Below are positions 9,677-19,790 of a stretch of 64,000 nt of DNA, in pieces. The stretch is from assembly GCA_048885525.1 (NCBI GenBank), contig JBHLLP010000015.1, positions 1 to 64,000 on the forward strand. Direction: 5' to 3'. Source of the DNA: Candidatus Hermodarchaeota archaeon. GTDB lineage: Archaea; Asgardarchaeota; Lokiarchaeia; Sigyniarchaeales; SOKP01. Numbering within the stretch: position 1 is the stretch's first letter; each line of letters opens with the position of its first letter. Made by a program: the position numbers and the translations under genes. The notes beneath the pieces are model-generated. The model was given only the letters and a program-made list of their open reading frames with translations. It ran no database searches and was not told the DNA's origin.

Positions 9677-10444
9677 TTGATAAATAAAGAAATTATTGGA
9701 AATATAAGGCAATTTATTATTAACGAAAATAGAAAAGGAAAATTATTAACTTATTACAAAGTTAAATCTGATCTAATTACATATTTTAAAAATCAAGGAA
9801 TTAAGGTTGGTTTAGAAGAAAATAAGGAGATAATTCTCCAAGAAGAGACTCATTTAGAGCTTGGTGGAATGGAAAGACGTTCATTTTCAATAGTTTATCC
9901 AATTAACGACTCAAATCTTATTGATGATGGGAATATTATAATATTAGGACCCGAAACACATCAAATTTTAGAAAAAAATGTTGATTTTGGACTATTTATT
10001 ATAATTGGAGTCAGGAGTCTTTCTAAAAAAGATTATAATGAAATAAAGTCATTGAATTTCTTATCAAATGGAATAGAAGGATTCTCAATAAGAACAATTC
10101 CTCGTAGATTTTGGTGTAGAATTAGTAAAGAAGTCTTTAAGAAGGACTTTTCATTTGAGTTTCTAACAAATGCTATTATTTATCTTTATAGGCAGAAATT
10201 TAAAGATCTAATTGAGAATATAGAAATAATTATTATTTGTTCATATCCCGATTCTATAGAGAATTTTATTGAAATCTCTTCTGATCTTACTGATAAATTT
10301 CGAGAACAATTTAAAGCTAAAATTGATGAATGGAAAAAAAGGATCGATTGTGAATATGATTGGGGCTGTGAAATTTGTCCTTATCAAGAAGAATGCTATA
10401 ATATTAAACAAGTGTTAGTGGAGAGAGAAAGAATTGGAGAATAA
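9677..10444 (+). CDS. Stand-alone acetyl-CoA synthase beta (CdhC)-like domain with C-terminal Cys cluster
   Basis: ELGG, DG.I.ILGPE, IEGF.IR, WCRISK motifs of the ACS/CdhC central domain; C-terminal C-x5-CxxC-x5-C. Confidence 0.7.
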   Translation: MINKEIIGNIRQFIINENRKGKLLTYYKVKSDLITYFKNQGIKVGLEENKEIILQEETHLELGGMERRSFSIVYPINDSNLIDDGNIIILGPETHQILEKNVDFGLFIIIGVRSLSKKDYNEIKSLNFLSNGIEGFSIRTIPRRFWCRISKEVFKKDFSFEFLTNAIIYLYRQKFKDLIENIEIIIICSYPDSIENFIEISSDLTDKFREQFKAKIDEWKKRIDCEYDWGCEICPYQEECYNIKQVLVERERIGE

Positions 10445-11216
10445 GCCTATTGTAATATCAATTGTTGGAAAGGGTGGTTCTGGTAAAACCGTTGTTACTG
10501 CTCTTTTGGCAAAAATTATTTCAAAAAAGCATAAATCTAAGATGTTATTAATCGATGCTGATCCTACACATCCACATTTAAGTTATTCTGTAAATTTAGT
10601 GCCAGAAAAAAGTCTTGAGAAATTGAGAACTGAAGTAATAGATGAAATTTTATCTAGAGCAAAAGATTTTGAAGCAGTAGCAGAAAACATTGACTTTGAA
10701 GTGTACAATGCTATATCTGAAAATAAAGATTTTAGTTTATTTTCTATAGGTCAACCTGAGGGACCTGGTTGTTTTTGTCCATCAAATACTCTATTAAGAA
10801 AGGTTATTGGTTCTATTTCTAAAGATTTTGATTTGGTATTAATTGACTGTGAAGCGGGGCTTGAACAAATTAATCGGATGGTAATAGAAACTGTTGATAT
10901 TCTTTTAATTGTTTCAGATATTTCAATAAGGAGTATTGAAACCGCCGATGCTATTCGAAAAAGTGCAAAGAAATTTACTAAATACAAAAAGCTTGGCATT
11001 ATCTTGAATAGAGTTAAAGGAAATATTGATTATATTCTCAAAAAGCTAAATGATCTTAAATTACCCCTTTTAGTGGAAATCCCAGAAGATAATAATATAA
11101 CTAAATTAGAAGTAATGGGGAAATCACTAATAAACATCTCTGGAAATTCAAAAAGCTATTTAGCTGTTAATAAATTAGCAAAAATAATATTGAATCCAGA
11201 CTTTTTAAATGATTAA
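10434..11216 (+). CDS. cooC: CooC/AcsF-type nickel-insertion ATPase
   Basis: GKGGSGKT, IDADP, GPGCFCP (CxC), DCEAGLEQ. Confidence 0.88.
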   Translation: MENKPIVISIVGKGGSGKTVVTALLAKIISKKHKSKMLLIDADPTHPHLSYSVNLVPEKSLEKLRTEVIDEILSRAKDFEAVAENIDFEVYNAISENKDFSLFSIGQPEGPGCFCPSNTLLRKVIGSISKDFDLVLIDCEAGLEQINRMVIETVDILLIVSDISIRSIETADAIRKSAKKFTKYKKLGIILNRVKGNIDYILKKLNDLKLPLLVEIPEDNNITKLEVMGKSLINISGNSKSYLAVNKLAKIILNPDFLND

Positions 11217-11330
11217 ACATTTTAATTTAGGTATAGCGAATTTTTTATAAAGAAAAATGATTTAATTTTACTTATAATCCAATTTAATATTCCTATAAAA
11301 ACCTATAAAGTTTATGGATTAAAGAAATCT

Positions 11331-13052
11331 ATGACGCTAAATACTAAAAAAGTCCTTATAATTTATTTTTTAATATCCTTATCTTCCTCCATTATTGAAA
11401 TTATCTTTCTAAAATCGTTTTTTTTTAGTTTTTGGATAACTTACATTGGGGTTTTCTTCACAGGGCATTTTATTAGACGAGCGATTAATGATTTCTTTAA
11501 ACAATTTCACATAAAAAAGGTTTTAAGATCCTTAATAACTCCTTGGATTATGTTCGGGCTTGTTATCCTTTATGTACAGCTCTATTTTATATCGGATTTA
11601 TTGACAAGAGGCAAAGGTTACTTAGGATTTAATCCCATAAGTCTTTTTATTTTTTTTTTAGGATTAATTATTTTGGTATTAATATCTATAAATCCTTTTA
11701 TCAGAATTATTGCTGTTGCTTTCCATAGAAGAAAATCAAATTTATTTCCAATAAATAGAGTTGAGTATGTTGCAATGGAACATTTAAAAAGATCAACCGA
11801 AAATCGTCTCATATTTTCTGAATTGAAAAATCGAATAAAAGGAACTTTTAATATCTTTATACCTGACGTATATTTTGACGAAGAAACTTCAATATCTAGT
11901 ATTTATCATTTATGTGGACTTAGATTAGCTGACATTAATGATAATATTGTTAGATTAAATCAAGAAGGTCAAAAACAAGAAAAAATTTGGAATGACACAC
12001 TTAATAATCAAAATGTCAAATTCAATAAGATTTTAACTAGTAGTAGTGTTCTTATAAAATCATTTATTGGGTTATTCATATTAAGTCTTCTTAAAATTTT
12101 TATAGGATTATTTAATTCCGAATCACTAACAGCAGAGGGATTTGAGAATTTTCTAGACTGTATTGCTGTTATATTAATCGGAATTGGTATTAAATACAAG
12201 AAAGAAAAACTTGTCAACATTATTTTAATTAGCTTAATGGCTTTCGCTGGTGGTTCTGTTTTATATAGTTCAATTGAATCCTTAATACTTGGCCCTACTC
12301 AAATTTCAAATTCTCTTATTATTATAATAATCGCTATGATATCAATTTTCCTGAACACATACATGAGAGCACTGAAAAATTTCGTTGGAAAGAAGAGTAG
12401 GAATTCCTCGTTGGTAGCGAGTGCTATAGATTCGAGAGTTAACATTATGATTTCTATTGGAATAATTATAGGTGCGTTATTTTCAGATTTCGGTAGAACT
12501 ATTAATGCCCCATTTCTTTATTACTTAGACCCAATTATAGCAATTGTCATATGTTTCTTTATCTTTAAAGAAGTAATTGAAATTTTTCAAGAATTTATTA
12601 CTGGAAAAGAAGAAGATATCGAATTAAGAAGTTTTCAAATGACTTATGAAGAAAATTTTAAGGAATACATTGTTAAGTGGATTCTTACAGTTTTTTATAA
12701 CATTGAGCAAAAATCTTTTACTAGTGAACAATTAGACCAATTATTTCAAGATTCCTTAAGTAAAGGAGATACAATATATACAGATTTATCTCATTTTGGC
12801 TTACACACATTTAAAGAGGAAGGATTAGCTTCTATAATTAATAATCTTATTGATCTTGGTCTTTTAATTCAAATTAATAGCAATAACATAAAAATAACAG
12901 AAAAAGGAAATTACATGTATGAAAATTTATATTCAAAACCACTTTTGGATGATATTAAGGATCCTTTCGATTTCTTTTTCGAACAGAAATATGATTTTGA
13001 TAGTTTAATAAATAGAAAGCAAGAATTATTAGAGAACTATTCAATTATTTGA
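11331..13052 (+). CDS. Cation diffusion facilitator (CDF) transporter fused to winged-helix-like segments
   Basis: S.SL.AEGFENFLD, SSLVASAIDS, YLDPIIAIVI CDF motifs; two soluble segments ending in L..EG / ITEKG wing motifs. Confidence 0.7.
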   Translation: MTLNTKKVLIIYFLISLSSSIIEIIFLKSFFFSFWITYIGVFFTGHFIRRAINDFFKQFHIKKVLRSLITPWIMFGLVILYVQLYFISDLLTRGKGYLGFNPISLFIFFLGLIILVLISINPFIRIIAVAFHRRKSNLFPINRVEYVAMEHLKRSTENRLIFSELKNRIKGTFNIFIPDVYFDEETSISSIYHLCGLRLADINDNIVRLNQEGQKQEKIWNDTLNNQNVKFNKILTSSSVLIKSFIGLFILSLLKIFIGLFNSESLTAEGFENFLDCIAVILIGIGIKYKKEKLVNIILISLMAFAGGSVLYSSIESLILGPTQISNSLIIIIIAMISIFLNTYMRALKNFVGKKSRNSSLVASAIDSRVNIMISIGIIIGALFSDFGRTINAPFLYYLDPIIAIVICFFIFKEVIEIFQEFITGKEEDIELRSFQMTYEENFKEYIVKWILTVFYNIEQKSFTSEQLDQLFQDSLSKGDTIYTDLSHFGLHTFKEEGLASIINNLIDLGLLIQINSNNIKITEKGNYMYENLYSKPLLDDIKDPFDFFFEQKYDFDSLINRKQELLENYSII

Positions 13053-13065
13053 TTCTTTTTTATAT

Positions 13066-15468
13066 TCAAACTTTTAACGTTTTTATCTTCCATGCACCAA
13101 TTCTTACATTATTTGAATCTACAGATGATAATATATTATAATTAAAATCGATCTCTTTTACCTGGTTTTTCATTAATTTCCCACTTATTTTAATTGAACA
13201 CTCTTTATTATATGGATTAAATAACCTTAGAAAGTAGTCATTATCACGCCTCCAAAGATTCACAACAGAAATAGGGGGTTCTATTGATAAGAATTTATCA
13301 GAAATATTTGTAAAATGAAAATTCTCCTCAATATTAATTGCTAAAAATTTGTAATAATAGGAATTTACATAATACAAGGGAGAAATTGAATCATTTTCAT
13401 CTGTTATTGATATGGCAAATTCATATTTTCCTTTCCTTGAGATAATATTTCGAATTTCAAAACTTTCACGATTAATTTCAAATATCTGACTGTTTTTTTG
13501 AATATAAATAATACCTTGAGCTGAACCTTTTAACCACATAAAATCTAAAGTTTGAATTTTCGATCTTTTTGTCTCTTCAATCCCAAAAGGATAATTTATG
13601 ATTGATTTTTTTATTTCAAACTTCGGTATAAGTATTATTTCTTGTAATGATTGTGAATCTATAAAAAATTCAAGTCTATTTACTTCTCTATATTGAACTA
13701 AATCAATTTTGAAGGCTTGATTTTTTAAATTTCCAATTATTATATTTCTTTCTTCGACGATATCTTTAAAATGGTCTTCTAAGTGTAATTTATAATCTTG
13801 TTTGGTTTTAAATTTTAATTCAAAAACATCTGTTTTGTTAAATTTAATTTGGATTGTCTTTAAATCATTTAGGATCTCTACTTTATAAAAAAAGGATAAT
13901 TCTTTTGTAGTTTCTTGCATTTTTTCTTCAGGGTATGATAAAACTTTATAGCCATATCCAGAAATATTCTCAACAGCCTTAAAAGTTAAATCTTGATTAG
14001 AATAAATTGAGATTATATCATATCTGGTGTAGGGTGTTGGATTAAACACTAAAAATCTTTTAGATAATTGTTTAGATCCGTTTATTTTCTGTCCTAATTC
14101 ATTAGCTATATATGAAAGTGACTTAATGATAAAAATTCGGCATTTTTCCTGTATTTCCTCATGGATTTGAATACTTAGGTCTGAAATTGATATATTAGAT
14201 GTTTTCTGTTCTAACTTTTCAAATTCTTCATTACCTAATTGAAGTTGAGTATAATCTCCTGATCGTATATGAGGAACAGCATAACAATCATGAGCTTGAA
14301 TAAGTAGAAGATTCTTCCAAAGATCTTCAAAAAATCTATCATTACTTTTAATATTGACAAAACCTAAAATAAAATTAATAAATTCTGCAGATAACAGTAA
14401 TATTTCAGAATTTTTATTGTGAAGAAACAGTTTAGCCGGTAAAAATATATGACCACCAAGTAAAAATTCATCTCTACAATATTTATATTCACCATTTTTA
14501 TCAATTAATTTAAAGAATTCAGAACACCGTAAAAATCTACCAAAAATCTCTGAAATATTGGAAACACGCCAAACTACTTCTTGATAGGGTTCAGGATTCC
14601 TGAAATCCTCAAGATTAGAATAGATAACGTATTCCATAAAAGGACGCGCAACTGCTTGAAATAAAAGGTTTGGAATTTCTTTAAAGAAGGTTCCATGCCA
14701 ATATTCTCCATTAAAAACACCAGATTGATCAACTATTGCATCAATAGAGCTATTATCTAATCCAATCCAATTTATATATGCTGAATTAGATGTTGGATTA
14801 ACTCCTAATAATCGAGTTCTCAAAGAAGAATATTCAATATTAAATCCCTTTAGAATTTGAGGTATTTGCGGATGGATTGAGCTTTCTGAACAATAGTATA
14901 TATTAGAATCTAAACCTAATTTTTTTAGTTCCTTGAAGCCATATTCAAATTGTTTTATATTTGATTCAGGGCCGATAATTAAATTATAAGGTTGTGAAAA
15001 AGAAGGATTAATAATTTCAAATTTCCCATGTTTAAAAATACGCAAGAACTCTCTTATTTTATCTGGATATTCCTCGTTTAACCATTCTAGACAAGAGATA
15101 GCAATTTCAAGATTATAAGGCATATTAGTTTCTACAGCTAATTTCATTTTTTTTAACAATGTATCCATTGCCAACTTTGGAGAGTCAAATTCACAAAATC
15201 CAGTGTCGTTAATAATGATACCTCCATGCCCTCCAACAATGAAGTAAGTGTCTATAAACAAATCTTGTTTTATAAATGTATTTAATTTACGAATAATGCT
15301 TTTGTATAATTTAAGTTGCTTTTCTTCTTCCTTTATAACCTCTAATCTATGAACCTTCTCTAAAATCTTATTAAAATTGGTTTTTTTCTTTCTAATTATA
15401 TTTTTTTCAACAAATTTTTCAACTAGATCAATTACCTTACCCAATGCTAATATGTCTTCTGATTTCAT
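13066..15468 (-). CDS. Glycoside hydrolase family 38-like (alpha-mannosidase-like) protein
   Basis: GKFEII..S..QP...GPESNIKQF..G, PQIPQIL, WIGLDNS, LLIQAHD, VFNP, LRLFNP. Confidence 0.75.
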   Translation of the reverse strand: MKSEDILALGKVIDLVEKFVEKNIIRKKKTNFNKILEKVHRLEVIKEEEKQLKLYKSIIRKLNTFIKQDLFIDTYFIVGGHGGIIINDTGFCEFDSPKLAMDTLLKKMKLAVETNMPYNLEIAISCLEWLNEEYPDKIREFLRIFKHGKFEIINPSFSQPYNLIIGPESNIKQFEYGFKELKKLGLDSNIYYCSESSIHPQIPQILKGFNIEYSSLRTRLLGVNPTSNSAYINWIGLDNSSIDAIVDQSGVFNGEYWHGTFFKEIPNLLFQAVARPFMEYVIYSNLEDFRNPEPYQEVVWRVSNISEIFGRFLRCSEFFKLIDKNGEYKYCRDEFLLGGHIFLPAKLFLHNKNSEILLLSAEFINFILGFVNIKSNDRFFEDLWKNLLLIQAHDCYAVPHIRSGDYTQLQLGNEEFEKLEQKTSNISISDLSIQIHEEIQEKCRIFIIKSLSYIANELGQKINGSKQLSKRFLVFNPTPYTRYDIISIYSNQDLTFKAVENISGYGYKVLSYPEEKMQETTKELSFFYKVEILNDLKTIQIKFNKTDVFELKFKTKQDYKLHLEDHFKDIVEERNIIIGNLKNQAFKIDLVQYREVNRLEFFIDSQSLQEIILIPKFEIKKSIINYPFGIEETKRSKIQTLDFMWLKGSAQGIIYIQKNSQIFEINRESFEIRNIISRKGKYEFAISITDENDSISPLYYVNSYYYKFLAINIEENFHFTNISDKFLSIEPPISVVNLWRRDNDYFLRLFNPYNKECSIKISGKLMKNQVKEIDFNYNILSSVDSNNVRIGAWKIKTLKV

Positions 15469-15538
15469 TTTCTAATCTTAGTTTGATTGAGAAGTAATTA
15501 AATTTAATTAAAAAAGAAAATAATAAATAAATTTTATG

Positions 15539-16948
15539 TTACATTCCAATTTTAGATTTCTTTTCTGCATGTATTTTAGTTATTTTTTCTTTAACATCTT
15601 TCAAACGATCACCATGAAGTGGATATTTAAGCATTGTTAAAATAATAACTGATAACGCTATTGCTGGAAAAACAAATCCTAATAATCTCAATCCCATTAT
15701 CTGCTCTTGTGAAATTGTAGTCGGTTCAAAAATCCTCCATCCTACATTAGTGAACACAAGACTAATTGAAAGAAAGACAAAAATATATCCAACTCTTAAG
15801 AAGAATATATAAATTCCAAAATAACTAGCATCACGTTTCGTACCAGTGTTCACTTCATCTTCATCGATTATATCAGAAACAATAAGATCTTTTGAATAAA
15901 GGGATCCTGCTAATCCTATACCTGCTAAAAAGAAAATAATTAATCCAGACCATCTATCTGAAATAAACATGAGAGGTGCTAAAGTTACGATCCATACTGC
16001 TGATGATATCATCCACATTTTCCTTACTCCCATTTTAGCAGCAAGAGGTTTCCATAAAAATGTAATGAATAATGCTGCAGATAAAAAGGTTAAACCTAAT
16101 AATATTGATATGAACCAAGAATCACCTTCACCAATACCTAATACATATTTCCCATAAAGCGGTAATATTGTTGGAAGTATTGTATCAACGAAAAAATCTC
16201 CCATAAAAGCTGGAATTGCCCATCGAAAAGATTTATTTTTCATACATATTTTAAATGAGGTAAAGAAACCTGGAACATCTTTATGGTCTTGTTGGAATTC
16301 CTCTCTTTCGCGTGGTGAGAATTTCAAAAAAATTAAGCCAACAATTATAATAATTACAGTTAAAATTATCCCAAAAATCGCATATTCAGTTAAGTAGGAT
16401 GGATCTGAATAGTCTGGAATGAAAAATCCGGGTAAAATAAAAGCAAAAATTAAACCAAAAATTGCAAAAACTTGACGAATGTTATTTGCTTTTATCCGTG
16501 ATTCTTTTGTAATAAATATTTCAGGGAGCATAGATGTGAGATTAATGTCATATGTAGTATAGCACATCTCAAAAATGAGAATAATGATGATGAAATATAC
16601 AAAATTGCTTGTTTGGTCGGCAATTCCATATGAGAGTGGTGGAAAGAATAAGAAGAACATTACAAGACTTAGTGGACCAAGTGCAATCATAATGTAAGGT
16701 CTTCTACGACCCCATTTTGTATGTGTCCTATCACTAATATATCCTAATAGGGGATCATTGAAAGCATTCCATATAGACCATATTAAAAATCCAATTGATA
16801 TTAATACTACATCAAGTCCAACTACAGCATAATAGAATGTAAATATTAAAAAGGTAAACGCTTGATATGCTGTAATTAGGGAAATTTGTCCAAAGCTATA
16901 GAAAGCAGCATCTTTATTTGAATATTCTTTAGGTAGGTTCTGTTCCAT
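15539..16948 (-). CDS. MFS sugar:cation symporter (GPH/MelB family)
   Basis: NDPLLGYISDRTHTKWGRRRPY, DIIDEDE..TG.KR; about 12 TM segments. Confidence 0.93.
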   Translation of the reverse strand: MEQNLPKEYSNKDAAFYSFGQISLITAYQAFTFLIFTFYYAVVGLDVVLISIGFLIWSIWNAFNDPLLGYISDRTHTKWGRRRPYIMIALGPLSLVMFFLFFPPLSYGIADQTSNFVYFIIIILIFEMCYTTYDINLTSMLPEIFITKESRIKANNIRQVFAIFGLIFAFILPGFFIPDYSDPSYLTEYAIFGIILTVIIIIVGLIFLKFSPREREEFQQDHKDVPGFFTSFKICMKNKSFRWAIPAFMGDFFVDTILPTILPLYGKYVLGIGEGDSWFISILLGLTFLSAALFITFLWKPLAAKMGVRKMWMISSAVWIVTLAPLMFISDRWSGLIIFFLAGIGLAGSLYSKDLIVSDIIDEDEVNTGTKRDASYFGIYIFFLRVGYIFVFLSISLVFTNVGWRIFEPTTISQEQIMGLRLLGFVFPAIALSVIILTMLKYPLHGDRLKDVKEKITKIHAEKKSKIGM

Positions 16949-17190
16949 TTTAAACCCATTTTAATTTAAATTTTAATAAAAAACTTTAGATTAAGCTTAT
17001 ATAAATACCTATCGAATAAAATGAAGTATATGACAAAGATGTGATATACTATTTACCCCGGCAGTTGATTACTACAAGGAAAAATGCCCGCTTTTGGAGC
17101 TTCTCCTTATTACTGATTACAATTTTGATTATTATTGTTACAACCATCTATATAAAAAAGCATCAATAAACAAGTTATAAATTTGAATAA

Positions 17191-17222
17191 TGTTCGAAAA
17201 GTGCACCTCAAATCTTAATAAT
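17191..17222 (+). promoter_or_regulatory. Putative operator plus TATA upstream of LVIVD gene
   Basis: TGTTCGAAAAGTGCACCTCAAA then TTAATAAT at 17215; near-identical copy at 18371. Confidence 0.6.
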
Positions 17223-17269
17223 TTATACTTATATAAACTAAATTAAACATTCAATTGCATATCAAAAAA

Positions 17270-18361
17270 ATGAATTCAAAGAATTTCCAGTTTAAAACAA
17301 TTTTACTTATTGCTATTATTTCTTTTATGATTTTATCAGGTCAAAAAAAAGTGGTTGCCGTTTCAAATATATATCCTCAAAAGATCGGGCAATTCGAAAC
17401 ATTAAATGCTTGGGATGTGGTTGTAATCGATGATATAGCCTACATCGGAGGAACTGAAGAGGGGTTGCAAATTATAAATGTTTCTAACCCTCGCAATCCA
17501 ACCGAGTTGGGGCATATTGACCTCGGAGTAACTCACAGTATCGATGTTATTAATGGGGTTGCTTATTTAGCAAATTATTTTAGTGGTTTGCAAATAGTTA
17601 ATGTATCAAATCCTTTAAATCCTATTAAGATAAGTGATTTCTATAATGGGGGACATGTTTCTGATGTTTTCACTGTTGGAGATCTTGTTTATTTAGTGAG
17701 TTTAGAAAATGGACTTGAAATTATTAACTGCAGCGATATTAGACATCCAACTAAAATTAGTGAATATAATGATGGTGGATCGCCTAACACGGTTTTTATT
17801 AAAGGAGAATTAGCATATATAGCAGAATACCATGCTGGTTTGGAAATTGTAAATATCTCAGATCCATATAATCCTTTCGAAATCGGAGGATGCTTTAATG
17901 GAGAAGGTGCTTACAGTGTTGACGTCATAGGAGACATTGCTTATTTATGTTACAGTTCAAATGGTTTAGAGATCTTGAATGTTAGTAATCCTAGCCTTCC
18001 GACTACTTTAGGATCATTCAACAATGGAGGTATTTTATACTTTGCTTACATTTTAGATGATGTAGCTTTTTTATCAGATGATGTAGATGGGCTTGAAATC
18101 GTTAATATTAGTGATCCCTCTAATCCTTGGAAGATAAGCGGATTTGATGATGAAGGCCACACGAGGAACTTATTTGTTGATAATAATTTTGTGTTTTTAA
18201 CTGATTTAGACGATGGTTTAGAAATCTTTGAGCTTTTAGATATTCAATCAAGTCATAATCAAAATTACCTATACTCGATAATATTAATTATTATTTTGAC
18301 AGGTGGAGTTATAGTGATAGGTTCGTTTTTAATAAAAGTTAAACACAATAGAAAAGCGTGA
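17270..18361 (+). CDS. LVIVD-repeat beta-propeller surface protein with signal peptide and C-terminal TM anchor
   Basis: About 7 repeats of AY.....GL(E/Q)I.N(V/I)S.P..P; hydrophobic N- and C-termini with a basic tail. Confidence 0.9.
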   Translation: MNSKNFQFKTILLIAIISFMILSGQKKVVAVSNIYPQKIGQFETLNAWDVVVIDDIAYIGGTEEGLQIINVSNPRNPTELGHIDLGVTHSIDVINGVAYLANYFSGLQIVNVSNPLNPIKISDFYNGGHVSDVFTVGDLVYLVSLENGLEIINCSDIRHPTKISEYNDGGSPNTVFIKGELAYIAEYHAGLEIVNISDPYNPFEIGGCFNGEGAYSVDVIGDIAYLCYSSNGLEILNVSNPSLPTTLGSFNNGGILYFAYILDDVAFLSDDVDGLEIVNISDPSNPWKISGFDDEGHTRNLFVDNNFVFLTDLDDGLEIFELLDIQSSHNQNYLYSIILIIILTGGVIVIGSFLIKVKHNRKA

Positions 18362-18370
18362 ATTCAAATT

Positions 18371-18402
18371 TGTTCTAGAAGTGCACCTTAAACGTTTAAA
18401 AA
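18371..18402 (+). promoter_or_regulatory. Putative operator plus TATA upstream of ICMT-like/wHTH genes
   Basis: TGTTCTAGAAGTGCACCTTAAA then TTTAAAAA at 18395, the same offset as in the 17191 copy. Confidence 0.6.
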
Positions 18403-18455
18403 TCAAATTATTTCTTATTTTATAAATAAAACTCACAATTAAAAGGTAAATTTAA

Positions 18456-19046
18456 ATGAATCTTAATGTAAATAAGGTAAGAGATAGATTAAGTTCGACT
18501 TTAACTAGTATTTCTTCTATTTTAATTCCAATCTTCCAATATGTTCCAGCTACGGCTATATGGTTTGGTATTATGAGCGTACCATTGTTCACATATTTAA
18601 TGTTCTTCTTTCTAAGTCCTGAAATTATAATATCTGATATTAGATTTTTATTTAGCAGTCATGAAATCTATATAATAATATTAGGATTTTCATTCTATAT
18701 GTATTCTCTAATATATCAATTAACTCATAGAAAGCAATTAATTAGAACTGGACCATATAAATATGTACGACACCCTCAATATATTGCTTTAATCATTATG
18801 ACTTTTGGTATGACATTAATAGTCTTCCAAACTAGTCCAATAATCGAGTTCGATTTAAGCATTGATGCATATGCTTTTATATTTTTAATTTGGATTGGTG
18901 AAGTGGTAGCTTATATCATTTTAGCTAAGATCGAAGATTATTCCTTAAAATCTAAATATGGGGATGAATATATAGATTATGCAAATGGAGTATCTTTTAT
19001 GATTCCATTCTTAAAATTATATCGAAGAAAATCTCAAAAAGAATAG
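18456..19046 (+). CDS. Isoprenylcysteine carboxyl methyltransferase / PEMT-family membrane protein
   Basis: LIRTGPYKYVRHPQY, ED..L..KYG.EY..Y. Confidence 0.85.
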   Translation: MNLNVNKVRDRLSSTLTSISSILIPIFQYVPATAIWFGIMSVPLFTYLMFFFLSPEIIISDIRFLFSSHEIYIIILGFSFYMYSLIYQLTHRKQLIRTGPYKYVRHPQYIALIIMTFGMTLIVFQTSPIIEFDLSIDAYAFIFLIWIGEVVAYIILAKIEDYSLKSKYGDEYIDYANGVSFMIPFLKLYRRKSQKE

Positions 19047-19067
19047 TGTTTAATAGGTTTTAAGATA

Positions 19068-19790
19068 TTGAACAATAATAAAAAATCTAAAAAATTAACT
19101 TATTTTTTCTTATTAAAATTTATTCTTCTCTTTTTTTCTGTTATAATCTTATCAGTTGTTCTATATCAATTAATTCAGTCATTAGATGAATTTTTCGGTC
19201 CTATTGAGGAGTTTTCTGTTGGAATAATTTTAATTTCAATTTTAATAGCAGTAATTTTATTATTATCTGTTTTTGAAATATTAACAGTAAAAGAGTATAG
19301 AGGGTATTTTATTAGAAAACCTTTTATTCAACGAGGAAAATCTTATTTGACTCTCACCAACATCTTTGAAAATGAAAACCGTATGAACATAATAAAACAG
19401 ATTCTTAGTAATCCAGGTATTCATCAAAACGAATTATTGCGAAATTGTGATTTACAAAAAGGACAATTGCAATGGCATTTAGATGTCTTACTGAAGAATC
19501 GTATTATAAAAAAGGAGAAATATGGTCAATATTCGATATATTTTCCAATCACATCCTCTATTGAATCAATTGAAAAATTTAAAAATTGGCCTATAAAATC
19601 AGAAACTACTGAAAAAGTGTTAAATATTATTCAAAAAAATCCAGGAATTAATTCTTCAAAGATCGCGAGAATTTTAAATCTTTCACGTAATACAATAAAA
19701 TATCATATTGATAAACTTATTGACGAAAATTTAATCGATCTTAAAAGAAATGGGCGAAAATTAGAATTATTTCAAAAAATTGAGAATTAA
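19068..19790 (+). CDS. Membrane-anchored double winged-helix transcription regulator
   Basis: Two N-terminal TM helices, then tandem NPGIH..EL..QWHL.VL and NPGI..S.IAR.L.LSR.TI.YH wHTH domains. Confidence 0.85.
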   Translation: MNNNKKSKKLTYFFLLKFILLFFSVIILSVVLYQLIQSLDEFFGPIEEFSVGIILISILIAVILLLSVFEILTVKEYRGYFIRKPFIQRGKSYLTLTNIFENENRMNIIKQILSNPGIHQNELLRNCDLQKGQLQWHLDVLLKNRIIKKEKYGQYSIYFPITSSIESIEKFKNWPIKSETTEKVLNIIQKNPGINSSKIARILNLSRNTIKYHIDKLIDENLIDLKRNGRKLELFQKIEN

